DNA of 64,000 bases from Camelus dromedarius (Eukaryota): the NCBI RefSeq assembly GCF_036321535.1, contig NC_087436.1:117306001-117370000 (forward strand), written 5' to 3'. Shown piece by piece: positions 1 through 11,307 of this stretch (position 1 is its first letter; each line of letters opens with the position of its first letter). The position numbers and the translations under genes are program-made. Under the pieces are notes generated by a model, which saw only the letters and a program-made list of their open reading frames with translations, did no database searches and was not told where the DNA came from.

Positions 1-814
1 TTGGAGAAAAGTGCATGCAAATGTGTGCCTGCTTGATTCCACTGGAGTTACAAAATTCCACCTGAGTTCAATAAAATCTGGAAGGGAGAAAATGATGCTC
101 TTCAACTTGAAAAATAGGGTCTTATCCCAAATACCTATGCAAAGTGAGGGGGAAAACTGACACAGATCTGGGAAAATGGGAGCTAAAATCAAGCAAAAGT
201 GCCCCCAGCCTCTCTGGATGGGCCAAGTGGTCCTCCAAGGAAGACAGTCTTTTACCCACTCAGTCCCTGCAGGTACCAGCATTGTGCCAGAGGCAGGGAG
301 GGCAGTGAACAGTGGGGCACAACCTGCCCCAACATTTTATAAAGAACAGATATGACTCTCGTGGGACAAGTGTAGTTTGTGTTTCACGGGAGGAGGTAAA
401 ACGGGGTGGGGGGGTCACTTAACTGGACTGATCAGTGCAGGGACCTTTCAAGCTGAGATTGAAGAAGCACCTGCTTGGGGTAGGGGAGGGAGGCGATGCC
501 TGGCAAGGGGATGGAAGATGCTGGCAGAAGCCCTGAGCAGGCATAGAGCAGGCTTCCGAGGGAAGGAGAGGATTTCAGGTCCTTCTGAGGGAGGACAGGA
601 AGCTGGGGCCAAATCCCTCAAGGCATTGAGGCACTTAGGGACTTGGGGCTTATCCGAAGGACGGTGGAAGCCACTGCAAGATTTTAAGACATGATCCGTT
701 TTGTGCTAAGAGACTTCTCTTTATCTGCCTGGTGGGAACTAGATTCAGGGCAGAGGAAGGAAAAATGGAAGCTAAGGTGATAGAAGCCAGCACAGCGGTT
801 AACTCTGTGTGTGC

Positions 815-1015
815 TGGGGGTGGGATGAGGGACATTGACTAGAAAATGGCACAAGGAACTTTCTGGAGTGGCGGAAATGTTCCACATCTTAGTAGAGGTA
901 TTGGTTACGCAGGGGTATACTTTCCTCTGAATGCACTGAACTCTACACTAGAGTTCTTTGCAAGTTATTATATGCAAACTATATATTGGTAAAAATTAGT
1001 ATTTTTTAAAAAAAG
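815..1015 (+). mobile_element. Ancient L1 (L1MB/MC/ME-type) 3' terminal fragment
   Basis: GGAACTTTCTGGAGTGGCGGAAATGTTCCACATCTT...ACTGAACTCTACACT motifs ending in an A-rich tail. Confidence 0.65.
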
Positions 1016-2170
1016 ATGTTTCAGGGTAAAGTCATCAGGACTTAGCAGCAAAGACAGAGAGGGAAGGAGTCATCAAAGGTGATATCAGGTGTCGGTCTCG
1101 GGCAGGAGGGAGGACGGCAGGGCCATTTCTGCAGGCAGCTGGAGGAAGAGCAGGCTTGCAGGGAGGGAGGGAGGCTGCGAGGGGGAGACGTCGGCAGGGC
1201 TGTTAATGTGGCTTCCAGCAGGGCATGTGGAGCTGAAACGCCATCCATCAGGCAGCCCCAGGGCCGTGCCTACCTCAGAGGTTCCTGGGCAACTCCAACG
1301 AGACCTTCAGTGCACATGGGACAGCAACTTGGGAGCCACAACACACACCAGAGATGCACGTCATCACTGAGGTCCCCGCCCCCTTCCAGCATCCCGAGAA
1401 GCGTCCTGATGTTTCCGGTCCGCTCTGCTCACAAAGCAGAACAGCCTGGCCTTTTAAAGCTCTTCGCAGAATTGGAGTCACAAGTGTAAGGCACCTGGCT
1501 TCCCATCAATTCTTAAATGGCGGTCTGTGCGCTGACTCATCCAGGAGCTCGGTGTGAATCACCAACCGGCCAGCGTTCCAGCTCCGGGAGCGGGAGCAGG
1601 GCGGACACTGAGCAGAAGGATTATATTTTCGTCACATCATGAAAATCTAACTTGGAAGCTTTTTTGTACTTTCCTGCATCTCCATAAAAGTCCTCTCATT
1701 TCGTTAATTTATCAACTCGTTCAACAATACTAAGAAAACGCTTACACTGAGCCAAGCGCTATCTCAGGTTGGGGGTCCTGTGGAGAGCAGGTGACATGGA
1801 TTCTGCCATCATGGAACTTACAGCCCAAGCTTGGACACGAGGTGACAATTCAGGGAGAGAGGGAACAGCAAGCGCAGAGGCTCGGAGCCCGCAGAGGCAC
1901 GGTGGGAGGCGGGAGCGACCCAGAGCCAACGTGGAGGAAGCACCGAGCGAGGGAGGCGGAGGGGACACCGCACGCCTCTTCGGGGCAGGCCGAGGAGGCT
2001 GGTCTTCATCCCAGAGCAGGGGCCCGGAAGTGGTTTCAGTAGGGACTCACGTGACCAAGGTATTTTTCTGAAAGGCTCCTCGGGCTTTGCTGTGCAGAAC
2101 AGACTGGGGAGGGAACACAGACGGGGGACACCAGTCAAGAAGGCGAGAAGCTATGGCTCCTTGGGTGAGG

Positions 2171-2344
2171 CAGGGCTGATAAGCTCCAGCCCACCCCTTT
2201 TTTCGGTAAATAAAGTTTTATCGGGATGTAGCCAAGCGCGTCCCTGTGTGTTTCATCGTCTCCCATTGCCTTCCCGCAAAAGCAGAGCTGAGAGGTCCTG
2301 ACAGAGACCCGATGTCGCTTTACAGGCAAATGTTGCCAGTCCCT
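2171..2344 (+). mobile_element. MER58A-like hAT-Charlie MITE
   Basis: CAGGG...CCCTG termini with internal GTAAATAAAGTTTTAT...TAGCCA and GCAGAGCTGAG...GACAGAGACC. Confidence 0.75.
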
Positions 2345-3949
2345 GGGCTAGACTTCCAGAGTGGAGCTGCCAAGGTGGGGTGGCTAGACTGGGGGGCTAT
2401 TTAAGGAAGGCAATACAGCAGGATTTAGTGGGAGGACCTCACATGGCTGCCGAGGGGACAGGAAGCAACATGAATGACTTTCAGGTCTCCAGCTGGTGTC
2501 GTCCAACCTCAGGCACCCTCGTCCTCATTGTGCCGGGCCCCACGGGGAGGGAGGAGGGCTGCCATTCACATCACACTAGAGTCCAGGCGCTGTCCTCAAC
2601 ACGCTGTGATTAACTCAATTTGGCAAACAGTCTACACCAGATGCTGTGGTGAGTTCTTGGGACCCAGAGAGGGGTGACTTGTGCCCCATCCTCAGAGAGA
2701 TGACAGCAGGGATGCCACCGACTTGCTAACAGCGGGACATGCTCAGTAGAGGTCTGTGCGTGTGAAAGTCTCTCAGAGGAGACACGCTTGGACCTAGTGT
2801 GAAAGACGCAGGGACGGCTTCTAAGTAAAGTTTGGAAGAGAATCTCTGGTCTGTTCTGGGGAATGTAGTCACTATTGCAGGAATTATTCATTCTAACTCT
2901 TTTTTTTTTCCTTTCTAACACTTGTTGCTTTTGATAAATATAACCCAGAGTTACACGGGGTTCTAACTGTGTTACCTCTAGAGCACGTGGCTTTGTGACC
3001 AGATTTCTAGGCAGTGCCCGTGCCCCTCCTCCACCCCGACAAGGCTGATGTGCGAAGGGACCCGGGACTACTCTGTCAGGGCTCGCAGCTCCCTTCCCAG
3101 CTCTGTACTTCGCATCTAAAGCTTTCCTTTGTTCAGGGAAGCTGGCAGCTTCAAAGAGCTGCTGTGTTTTCACAAAATTCTGATAAACTGGAGCAGAAGA
3201 AAGGTGAGATTTCTCTTTAATATCAGGATCTTTTCCTAAAAGTGGCCCTTTGCCATAATTGCTTTATTTTTTTTAGCATAATTTGGTGGTATAGCATACT
3301 CTCAAAAGAAAAATTGTTTCTCCATTTTAAAGACTATGGAACATTTTCATGATAGTTTGTAATAGCACAAAAGATGTGTTAGAGAAAGGATGTAACTGCA
3401 GCTCATAGCGTTTATGTGGGTTGGAGAAGGGAGTTCCCCGGATGACAGGACCAAGCACCTACACAAGGGTCTCCTGTCGCTACTACTTCTGTTCCCTTTG
3501 GGGCTTCCAGGAGATCACCAGGACCTCAGGGCCAGCTACCTGTCCCTGCCTCCAGACTGGTCCTCAGCTGAGCCACCTGGCAGGCTGAGTCCCGTGTCCT
3601 GGGAGAATTTTTTTTTTTTTTTTTTTTACCAAATTCTTGTATCTAACTCTAGCTATAGAATTTTCTTTTGGTTAAGTTCCTTTTGAAACTTGTTCACCGT
3701 GAGTGAATTACCGCTTGGGTTTGGGTTCTTTCACTCATACTATTATATGTATATATATTTCTATAGAAAGTGTACATAATAAATCAATTTCTCTGTAAGT
3801 ATATAATATACAGAGTATATATTTTTAATTATAATTATGAAACACGTCATACTCAAAGGAGGATGAAATGCATCACCTAGACAAAGAGAGTAATTTGATT
3901 ACTGTTATTATAGAATTATAATATGGAAAAAGTAGCATTATACGGAAAA

Positions 3950-5000
3950 GTAGCAGGGAAAAATCAGCGCACTCAGCCAGCGTAAGCCATGGCAATGCCC
4001 TGGGTGCCTCTCCCTGATTCCTGGCTGGGATTTTGCACTCATCATGCTTTTGTTTTTTTCTTTTTTTATGGTTTGACCCCCGTATGAAGGTGTCCCCTAA
4101 AAATCTAGTGTTGTGCTTTGCCTGATTTTTGTGTTTATATAAAGAGAACCGCCATCCTGGAGGTGCTTGCTGTGCCTCGTTCTTATACGCAGCGTGTCTT
4201 CAGGTGCCATCCATGTCACATGCCCGACCACAGGCCACCGTCTTTTACTGCTCTATAGAATCCTTTGTATGAATGCATCCTAATTATTAGCCCCTTCCCT
4301 TTCCCCAGAGCATCAGAGCCGTCTCCCGTTTGCTCGCTCTGTGAGCAGTATTGCTCTGAATTTCCAGGTACGGCGCACCAGTGTTCTGTGCTGATGGGAA
4401 CGCTGGCTGCCCGCTAACGCAATGCGGGAGCCACCGCCAGCCACGTGACCGCTGAGCACCTGAATGTGGCTGGGGTGGCCGAAGCGCTGGGCTTTTCGTT
4501 CATTTAAATTCAAATAGAGCCTCTCCAGAACAGACGCACCCTGCGTGTCACTGCTGGGTCGCAGGACACGCGCAACTCGCCTTGACGCGGTAAAGCCCAG
4601 TCGTGCTCCAAGGTCGGCACGGCCGTTTCCAGGATGAAAGTTCGTGTTGCTCCTCAACACTTGGCATTGGCGTTGGCAGACTTTTCCGACTTTCACCGAC
4701 CTGGTAGTGCGGGATGATATAAAATTATGGTTTTATCTCGTATTATCCTGAATCACTAAGGACAGTGAGCACCTTTTCACAGGCTTAGTTGCCATTTGTG
4801 TTTCCTCTTCTGTGAAACACCTGTTCACGCATTCTGTCCTTTTCCCTGTTAGGTCACCTTTTTCTGATTGACTCATAAGAGTTGGGTTTTTAAAAGCTGG
4901 GACACAAATTCTCTGTTCGCTGTGTATGATACCTCCTGCCCGTCTGTGGCTCCTGCACTCTGTGGTGCTTTCAGATGAACAGATGCTCTTAATTTTAAAG
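3950..5000 (-). mobile_element. Degraded ancient L1 (L1ME-like) fragment interrupted by a MER3-like element
   Basis: Antisense L1 3' motifs such as GTGAGCACCTTTTCA...GCCATTTGTGTTTCCTCTTCTGTGAA and GATGAACAGATGCTCTTAATTTTAA. Confidence 0.6.
4375..4520 (+). mobile_element. MER3-like hAT-Charlie element
   Basis: TTCTGTGCTGATGGGAA...AGCCACGTG..GCTGAGCACCTGAATGTGGCT...ATTTAAATTCAAATAG. Confidence 0.6.
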
Positions 5001-5556
5001 TAGCCAGAGGTTGGTTTGTTTGCCTTAATTTATGAACTAAGCCTCATGAATGTGACAGTGTTTTACAGAAAACCTCTGTTATGATTGTGTCTATTTTATT
5101 CGTGGGGAAAATGAGGCCCCGACGGGTTGGGCACACTTGCCAGCGTCACGTAACGAGCTGGGTGTTTGGTGGAGTCAGATCTGGAACCGAGCCCTGTTGC
5201 TTCTCGGGCAGGGTCCCTCCTGCTACAGACGCCTGAAATCTCTTTGCTCGGGGGACACTGGACGGACCTTCCCACACCAACCATACTCGGGAGGGACTGA
5301 AAAACTTCTCAGGAGCAGCCAGCTGGGCAGAAAGTCAATTTCTGAGTTGTTTTGAAGTAAAAGAGGAAAGAGGGAAAAAGTGACACATACATCCTCCACG
5401 CCAGGTGCTTCACCAGACCAACTGCACTGAATGAATTTGCCCAAAAGGGGCAGGTACAGAAGCGAGACAGTGGCCTCCAGATCAGGCCAGCCGGGATCAG
5501 ACCCAGATGCAGCCCTTACCAACTGGGTAACTGCAGGCAAGTCACTCGCCCTCTCT

Positions 5557-5744
5557 TTTTTTTTTTAAACATTTTTTTTTATTGAGTTATAGTCATTCTA
5601 CAATGTTGTGTCAAATTCCAGTATTGAGCACAATTTTTCAGTTATACATGAACATACATACATTCATTGCCACATTCTCTTTTGCTGTGAGCCACCACAA
5701 GATCCTGTACATACTTCCCTGTGCTACACAGTACCATCTTGTTT
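5557..5744 (-). mobile_element. Young, 5'-truncated lineage-specific L1 3' end inserted into a MIR
   Basis: Poly-T tail plus L1 3'UTR; perfect 17-bp TSD AGTCACTCGCCCTCTCT at 5540-5556 and 5745-5761. Confidence 0.9.
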
Positions 5745-5858
5745 AGTCACTCGCCCTCTCTGATCTCCATTTTCTCACCTGTAAGAGAAGGTTAAGAAGA
5801 TCAACTTCACAAGTGAGTTGGTGAATCACTGTAGGATCCTAGTAGCATTTTATTCCCC

Positions 5859-5861
<3 letters not shown>

Positions 5862-5900
<39 letters not shown>
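5862..5900. repeat. (CA)n microsatellite, about 19 units
   Basis: Direct reading. Confidence 0.95.
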
Positions 5901-5902
<2 letters not shown>

Positions 5903-6996
5903 CAGTGAGAGTCATGATAAATAATGGAGAAGGTGCGAGCTGCTAGTCAGGCCCTACGTGGCCCTGGACGTGTTACAAAACCTCTCGAATCCTCAATTTC
6001 ATCTTTTGTCAAAGGGAAGGACAAATGGCTGCATCACAGTGTGGGCTGTGGGCATCAGACTAGACAATGTCTGTGATGTTGCTGGCACCCAGGAGGGGCT
6101 TAATAAGTGCATTTCTCTGCCCAGATTAAATGCAATCACGTACTTGCAGGAGTGACAGGTTGCCACATGATGGCTGGCATGGAATTATTTGGGGCAGATG
6201 CTGACGAAGGTCCTTCTGCTGCCAGGACAGGGTGAACTCCAGCTCCCAGGTTTCTGGTCCTTCCATCCATGCAATGCTCTATGCACTGCTCAGGGGGGCG
6301 GTGAGGGGGACCCTATTGGTCCCTCCTTACAGTTGAGGAAACCAAAGCACAGGGAGGTCGCACTGCTCATGCAGGCTCCCACGTGGCGGGCGGGACGGGG
6401 CGAGCCCAGGCAGCCCTTCTCCAGCGCTGGCCCATACCTTCTGTTGGAACCTCTGGGCTTGGCAGGCCCTGAGGCTTCTTTTTCCTGTTGACCCTTTAGC
6501 CAGGTCTCTCCTGTCTTCTCCCCAGTCCTTGCTTTCTAAGCTGTGAGCACAGCTCTCTCTTCTCTGTTCTGCTCTTGGAATCTGCGTGGGCAAGTGGAAG
6601 GCACACGCCCTCAGAGACAAGCCTCCCTGGTGTGGAATGTTTGCTACCTCCACAGCCGCCCTCTGACCTTAACAGGAAATAGCTCTTTTAATCCTTACAA
6701 CAGCCAGTGAGTACCATTATTACCCGCATTTCACAGCTGTGAAAACTGAGGCACGGATAGCCTCAGATTCAGTAAATGGTGGATCTGGGATGTGATCTAG
6801 AGATCCAGTTTTTAAGCACTGGCTATGCTTTAAAGATAAATGTTTGTCAAATCAAAGAACAGCCTGCAATTGACTAAAATCAAGATATTGCTTCTTGTGA
6901 AGTATCATTCGTAGACAATGTCACCTTATCTGTCAATCTGTAGACATTTGTTGAATGAAAAAGTCATGGCTCTGACAACTGGAACCTATAAAGCCT

Positions 6997-7154
6997 TTTT
7001 TAAATATTTGATTTATTTATTATTGTATTATTTAATTATTGTGTGTGGGGGGAGATAATTAGGTTTATTTATTTTTAGAGGAGGGACTGGGGATTGAACC
7101 CAGGACCTCCTGCATGCAAAGCACGTGCTCTACCATTGAGCTGTCCACTCCCCC
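6997..7154 (-). mobile_element. tRNA-derived SINE (camelid vic-1-like)
   Basis: The - strand has a tRNA-like head (AGCTCAATGGTAGAGCACGTGC...GGGTTCAATCCCCAG; A and B boxes) and an AT-rich tail; 18-bp TSD with 2 mismatches at 6979-6996 and 7155-7172. Confidence 0.85.
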
Positions 7155-7898
7155 CTGGAATATATAAAGCCTCTCATCTAACAAATATTTATTAGGAAAT
7201 TACTGTGAGCCAGGCACTGTGCAGGCACAGGAGCTGCAGAGATGACCGAGTCACTGAGAAGCTCAAGGTCAAGTGCTGTCATCAGGGTCACTCTAGTCCA
7301 AGCACTAGGGGTGCTATAATCAAGACACATAAAATAGAGCGATTGCATTCAACTGTTCTCCTTTTTCTAGTCTCTCTTATTTGTAGGAAGCTGTATCAGA
7401 GCATCAGTGAGTTACACATTTTGCATGTTAGAAAAGATGGTGTTAGCTTGACCTCGTCTCCGTATTTTTCTTACTAACTTGGGAATTACACTTCCCTTTT
7501 GACAACACACTTTTCTCATGCATCTCTTGGGGAGTAGGGGAAGGAGAATGTGGCTAATGGTAAATATGAACTTAAGACAACATTTAGTAAGTATCACGTT
7601 TTGCTTTTGTGACGGTTAATTTCTATATGCCTAGTTTTCAAAATAAATAAAGACTGCCTGCCGTTTCTTCATCTCTACCAGGGTTTGAAGCTGATTTATT
7701 CGTGCCTCGTGTGAGAACATCTCCTGTAGACTCTTATAAAACACATTTGCCTGTAGAGCCAGCCTCACTCATGCTGTGTTTTATCCAGGAGTATTGGTAT
7801 ATGAACAGGAAACTATTTTTAAAAATCTGCTCAGAGAGGTACTCACAGCCAGCTTGGCGGCTGTCTTCCTCATGCTTTTTATCCCTGCCTGTCCACAG

Positions 7899-8153
7899 AA
7901 GAGTCTGCACACCTACTGTTTCGTGGTCTTTGCTGCAATCTGCTTCATAGGTGCTGTTTGTTTATATTTTGTCCTGCCTGAGACCAAAAACAGAACCCAT
8001 GCAGAAATCAGCCAGGCATTTGCCAAAAGGAACAAGACGTGCCAACCAGAGGAGAAAACGGATTCAGCTATAACTGATGATAAAATGAACAGAAAGCCCG
8101 AACCAGACTCCTCCTCCACGCTGGAGAATTGTGTCCAAAGCAGGCCTGTCTGA
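7899..8153 (+). CDS. SLC2A9: Terminal coding exon of SLC2A9 (GLUT9 urate/hexose transporter): TM12 and cytoplasmic C-terminus; upstream exons lie outside the window
   Basis: Translation [46 protein letters not shown]... carries the GLUT PETK motif and matches the GLUT9 C-terminus (human [46 protein letters not shown]). A polypyrimidine tract and CAG acceptor end at 7898 (phase 0); TGA at 8151-8153. Synteny with DRD5 fits. Confidence 0.96.
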   Translation, partial: KSLHTYCFVVFAAICFIGAVCLYFVLPETKNRTHAEISQAFAKRNKTCQPEEKTDSAITDDKMNRKPEPDSSSTLENCVQSRPV

Positions 8154-8221
8154 ATGGATACTCCCACCATTTTAGGAAGCCAGAGATCCCCCTGCAAGTT
8201 CAACATTATCAAATATTTAAA

Positions 8222-8227
8222 AATAAA
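8222..8227 (+). terminator. SLC2A9: Probable SLC2A9 polyadenylation signal (AATAAA)
   Basis: First AATAAA after the stop codon, 68 nt downstream, in A/T-rich context. Confidence 0.6.
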
Positions 8228-8477
8228 CCTTTGCTAATCTAACATCACAACCATTGGGGATTTATTCACAGCTAGAAAGAATCACGCTATGTTTCAATGG
8301 ACCCCTCATTCTTCTTTAGAGATCCATGGCCTGCCTTCTTCATGACTTAGCCCATGGTTTCAAAATGAAATTGGGGGAATAGCATTTGAATGCTTTCTCA
8401 AAAGACAGCCGTCTGGTCTGACAGAGGACTCAACGGACTGGGAATCACAGACTGAGGTTCTAGTCCCAGCTCTGGCC

Positions 8478-11307
8478 TAAGGGACCAGTGGGATGTCTCA
8501 TGGAAGAGAAAGACACCCACGATCCCTGTGAACTGAATTATGACCCAGGGCTGAAGAAATAATAAACCCCTGAGAAAAGATAATGAAGTTGTATTGATGG
8601 CCTTGCCCGCGGAAAGCAAACTGCTTCTGGTGGTCCTTACTAATAGGTGTCGATCAACAGCGTTTTCCAGATCAGTAACTGCATACAAGTTACCAGGGGA
8701 TGTGTTCAATTGCTCAAGCAATGAATCCACATCTGGTACAGCAGCTGCAATTGGAGTCACCCAATAATCCACCGTTATTCTCCAAGATCCGTCTGTCTTC
8801 TGCACAGACCAGATAAGGAGCTTGAGTGGGAATGTGGTGGGAATCACCACCCCTGCACCTTTCAAGTCCTTCTTGGTGGCATTAATATCTGAAGGAATTT
8901 GGTAATCCTCCAGGAATTTGGTATTGCTTTTGGTTTACTGTTTCCCCAGGTAGAGGCAGTTCTAATGGCTTCCTCTTCCCACAACAATCGTCTTCACTTC
9001 ACAGGTTATGGAATCAATTTGGGGATTCTGTTGGTTTTTAACCCATCCCAGTTGTGCACTCAGAGCTTGGAAAATAACCACAGGATGGGTTAGGAGACCC
9101 ACCAGGCCCATTTGTGAGATGGATCTGAGCTAAAACTCCATTGATCTCCTGAGGTCCGTAAGCTCCTACTCTGACTAGTGGACCACAGTGATGTTTTGGG
9201 TCTTCTCAAATTAGCATCAGTTTGGAGCCAATGTAGTAATTCCCAAACTCTGATTGTTCTCTTTTCCAATGCACAATCACCTTGGTAAAGGTTGTAGGTC
9301 ATTTTGGGGAAGGCTAGAAGAAAGATTAACAGGATAAATTTTGATTAGGGTCTCGGGGTTCTTCCTCAAGGGGAACCAGCCTCCCCTTCATTCGAGGAAT
9401 TCTGGGACTTCAGCAAGGGGCTGTGACTGTTTTTATCATTCAAGTCAGACTTTTGTTCACTTGGCCTAGAACTTTTCTGCTTACACAGATCAAGTAAGAA
9501 TTTTCCAGGCTTCCTATATATTTCATGTGTATAAACACTGTGATCAGCTAGCCAATGCCCAAATGTCTGTGCTAGTCAGACTATTCTGATTGTTGCTTTG
9601 CCTCTGTTGCCCATCATGGTAACCCAGCCCACCTCGACTTTGGCAACTGAGTGCCACCACTTGGCCCCTGACACCCTAGGATCCAATTATTTCCTTTGCA
9701 TTTAGGTTTCCCAATTCTGTGATTGCAGTTTCCACTGTAGGGTCTTGTCTACAGAGAACAATCATTGAGCTCCTCAAACGCACTAGGCCCCCCTCCCCAA
9801 GTTTATTTTTCAAAGTATTGGTCAAGGTCTGTCTTCTAGACCCTCCCAGTGTGGGAGAGCAGGTCTCAAATAGAAAACCCACTCCAACACGCCAGTGTCC
9901 CTAAGCTTTGAATCCCTTCATATACATTAAATTAAAGAAAGGCCAGCATTTCTCTTTTTCCCACCATGGGCCACCTTTTTCATGTCCATGTTTTAGCCAA
10001 CCAACCAGATTAACTGTTCGAGCCCTTTCTAACTACAACATTAAGTGCAGGATCTCTGCTTAGTGAGCCCACATCAGTTAGTTCAGCCTGATCCAACTTT
10101 ATGGTCCTCCCACATTTATCCCACAGCCTTAATATCCATTCCCACACATGGTCCCCACACTTATGTCTGCATAAATTAGAAAATGCAAGCTGTTCTTTAG
10201 AGCATAGCACACCTCCATGAGCCACACTTGTAGCTCTCTTTTAGGGGCCTGTGGGGACTCGAATCTAGAAGAGGAGTGGTAGGGGTGGGTCCTGAGGAGA
10301 AGCAGCATTGTCTTGCTCAGGAGAGGCTGTTACAGTTTCTCAGGCAGTGCAGGGTTAATTTCCTCAGACAGAAATGCAAAGGCCAATACCACTGTAGATG
10401 GAGAGGCTGTTACCATTAGGGGTGGGGAGGCCACTTCTACTTGAGGTAGGAAGGTCAATTCTGCTGGGGGTAGGGCGACCTCTTCCACAGGCACAGAAGA
10501 CTCAGAATTTAGGGGCTTGATGGCCCCAGATTTATCAAGGTCTTCCCATGCGTTCCCCATCCCAACTTACAGGATCACAATCATTGCCTTTATTTAACAG
10601 TGAGGTTTGGAGTTCAATGTGCGTTATAATCCAGCTGGTCACAGGATGAGATTCTGTGTTTTATTTTCAACAGTCTCAGTCCACCAGCTACAGGAGGTAA
10701 AGGTTTCTTTCAAGGCACACATACATTACATAAAAAAAAAAAAAACAGAATATACATTCTTTTCAAGGGCACATGGAACATTCTCTAAGATAGACCACAT
10801 ACTTGGACACAAAAGAAGCCTCAACAAATTTAAGAGGATAGAAATTATTTCAGTCATCTTTTTATGACCACAATGACATGAAACTAGAAATCAACCACGT
10901 GAAGAGAAATGAGACCAAAAAAAAAAAAAAAAGATTGCATGGAGACTAAATATGCTACTAAAAAACCAGGGCACACACAGAAGGTTTTAGGTCATTTATG
11001 TAGTGCTAGAGCTGGGAATTCAAGTCCCTAAACTCATCCTTTTCTTTCATGCCAGCCAATCTCATCATACTGGTTTTTTAAAAATGTTCAGAGGTATATA
11101 CACAGTCACCAACTCTTTGCTTCTTATAAGTGGTTGACCAGGAGAATCCAGATCATGCCATGGATGACCAGTGCTCTCTTTACTACTGGAGATAGAGTCT
11201 TCAGCATCTTAAAATCTAATCAAATTAGACAGCCAATTCCAGAAACACCAGAACCAATTCAGAAAACTCACCCTTAAAATGCTGTTTCTCTAGAACCACT
11301 CAAAATC
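8478..11307 (-). mobile_element. ERV-L internal region (gag, protease region, 5' part of RT), defective and 3'-truncated
   Basis: Broken ORFs GVVIPTTFP..IWSVQKTDGSWRITVDY..TPIAAAVPDV (RT) and VWEWILRLWD..IKLDQAE / TVETAITELGNLNA (ERV-L gag); adjoins an MLT2 LTR. Confidence 0.9.
10722..10966 (+). mobile_element. Internal L1 ORF2 (endonuclease-region) fragment inserted in the ERV-L gag
   Basis: Translation EYTFFSRAHGTFSKIDHILGHKRSLNKFKRIEIIS; flanking repeat CAAGGCACACA (10711-10721) / CAGGGCACACA (10967-10977). Confidence 0.85.

Noticed and set aside
7085..7154. tRNA-like sequences here and at 19500-19571
   Set aside because: They are SINE heads with AT-rich tails and TSDs, and lack an intact acceptor stem, so they are not tRNA genes.
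7776..7898. N-terminal 41 aa of the 125-aa ORF containing the SLC2A9 exon
   Set aside because: Intronic read-through upstream of the splice acceptor at 7897-7898.
1..7898. Search for the penultimate SLC2A9 exon (GGIPFILTGEFF...LLFPFIQ)
   Set aside because: Not found in the ORF track or by eye; it presumably lies just upstream of the window.
8398..8865. RT-like ORF as a possible domesticated retroviral gene
   Set aside because: It has deletions and a frameshift before the catalytic YxDD motif, and the surrounding gag is fragmented. This is a dead ERV-L.
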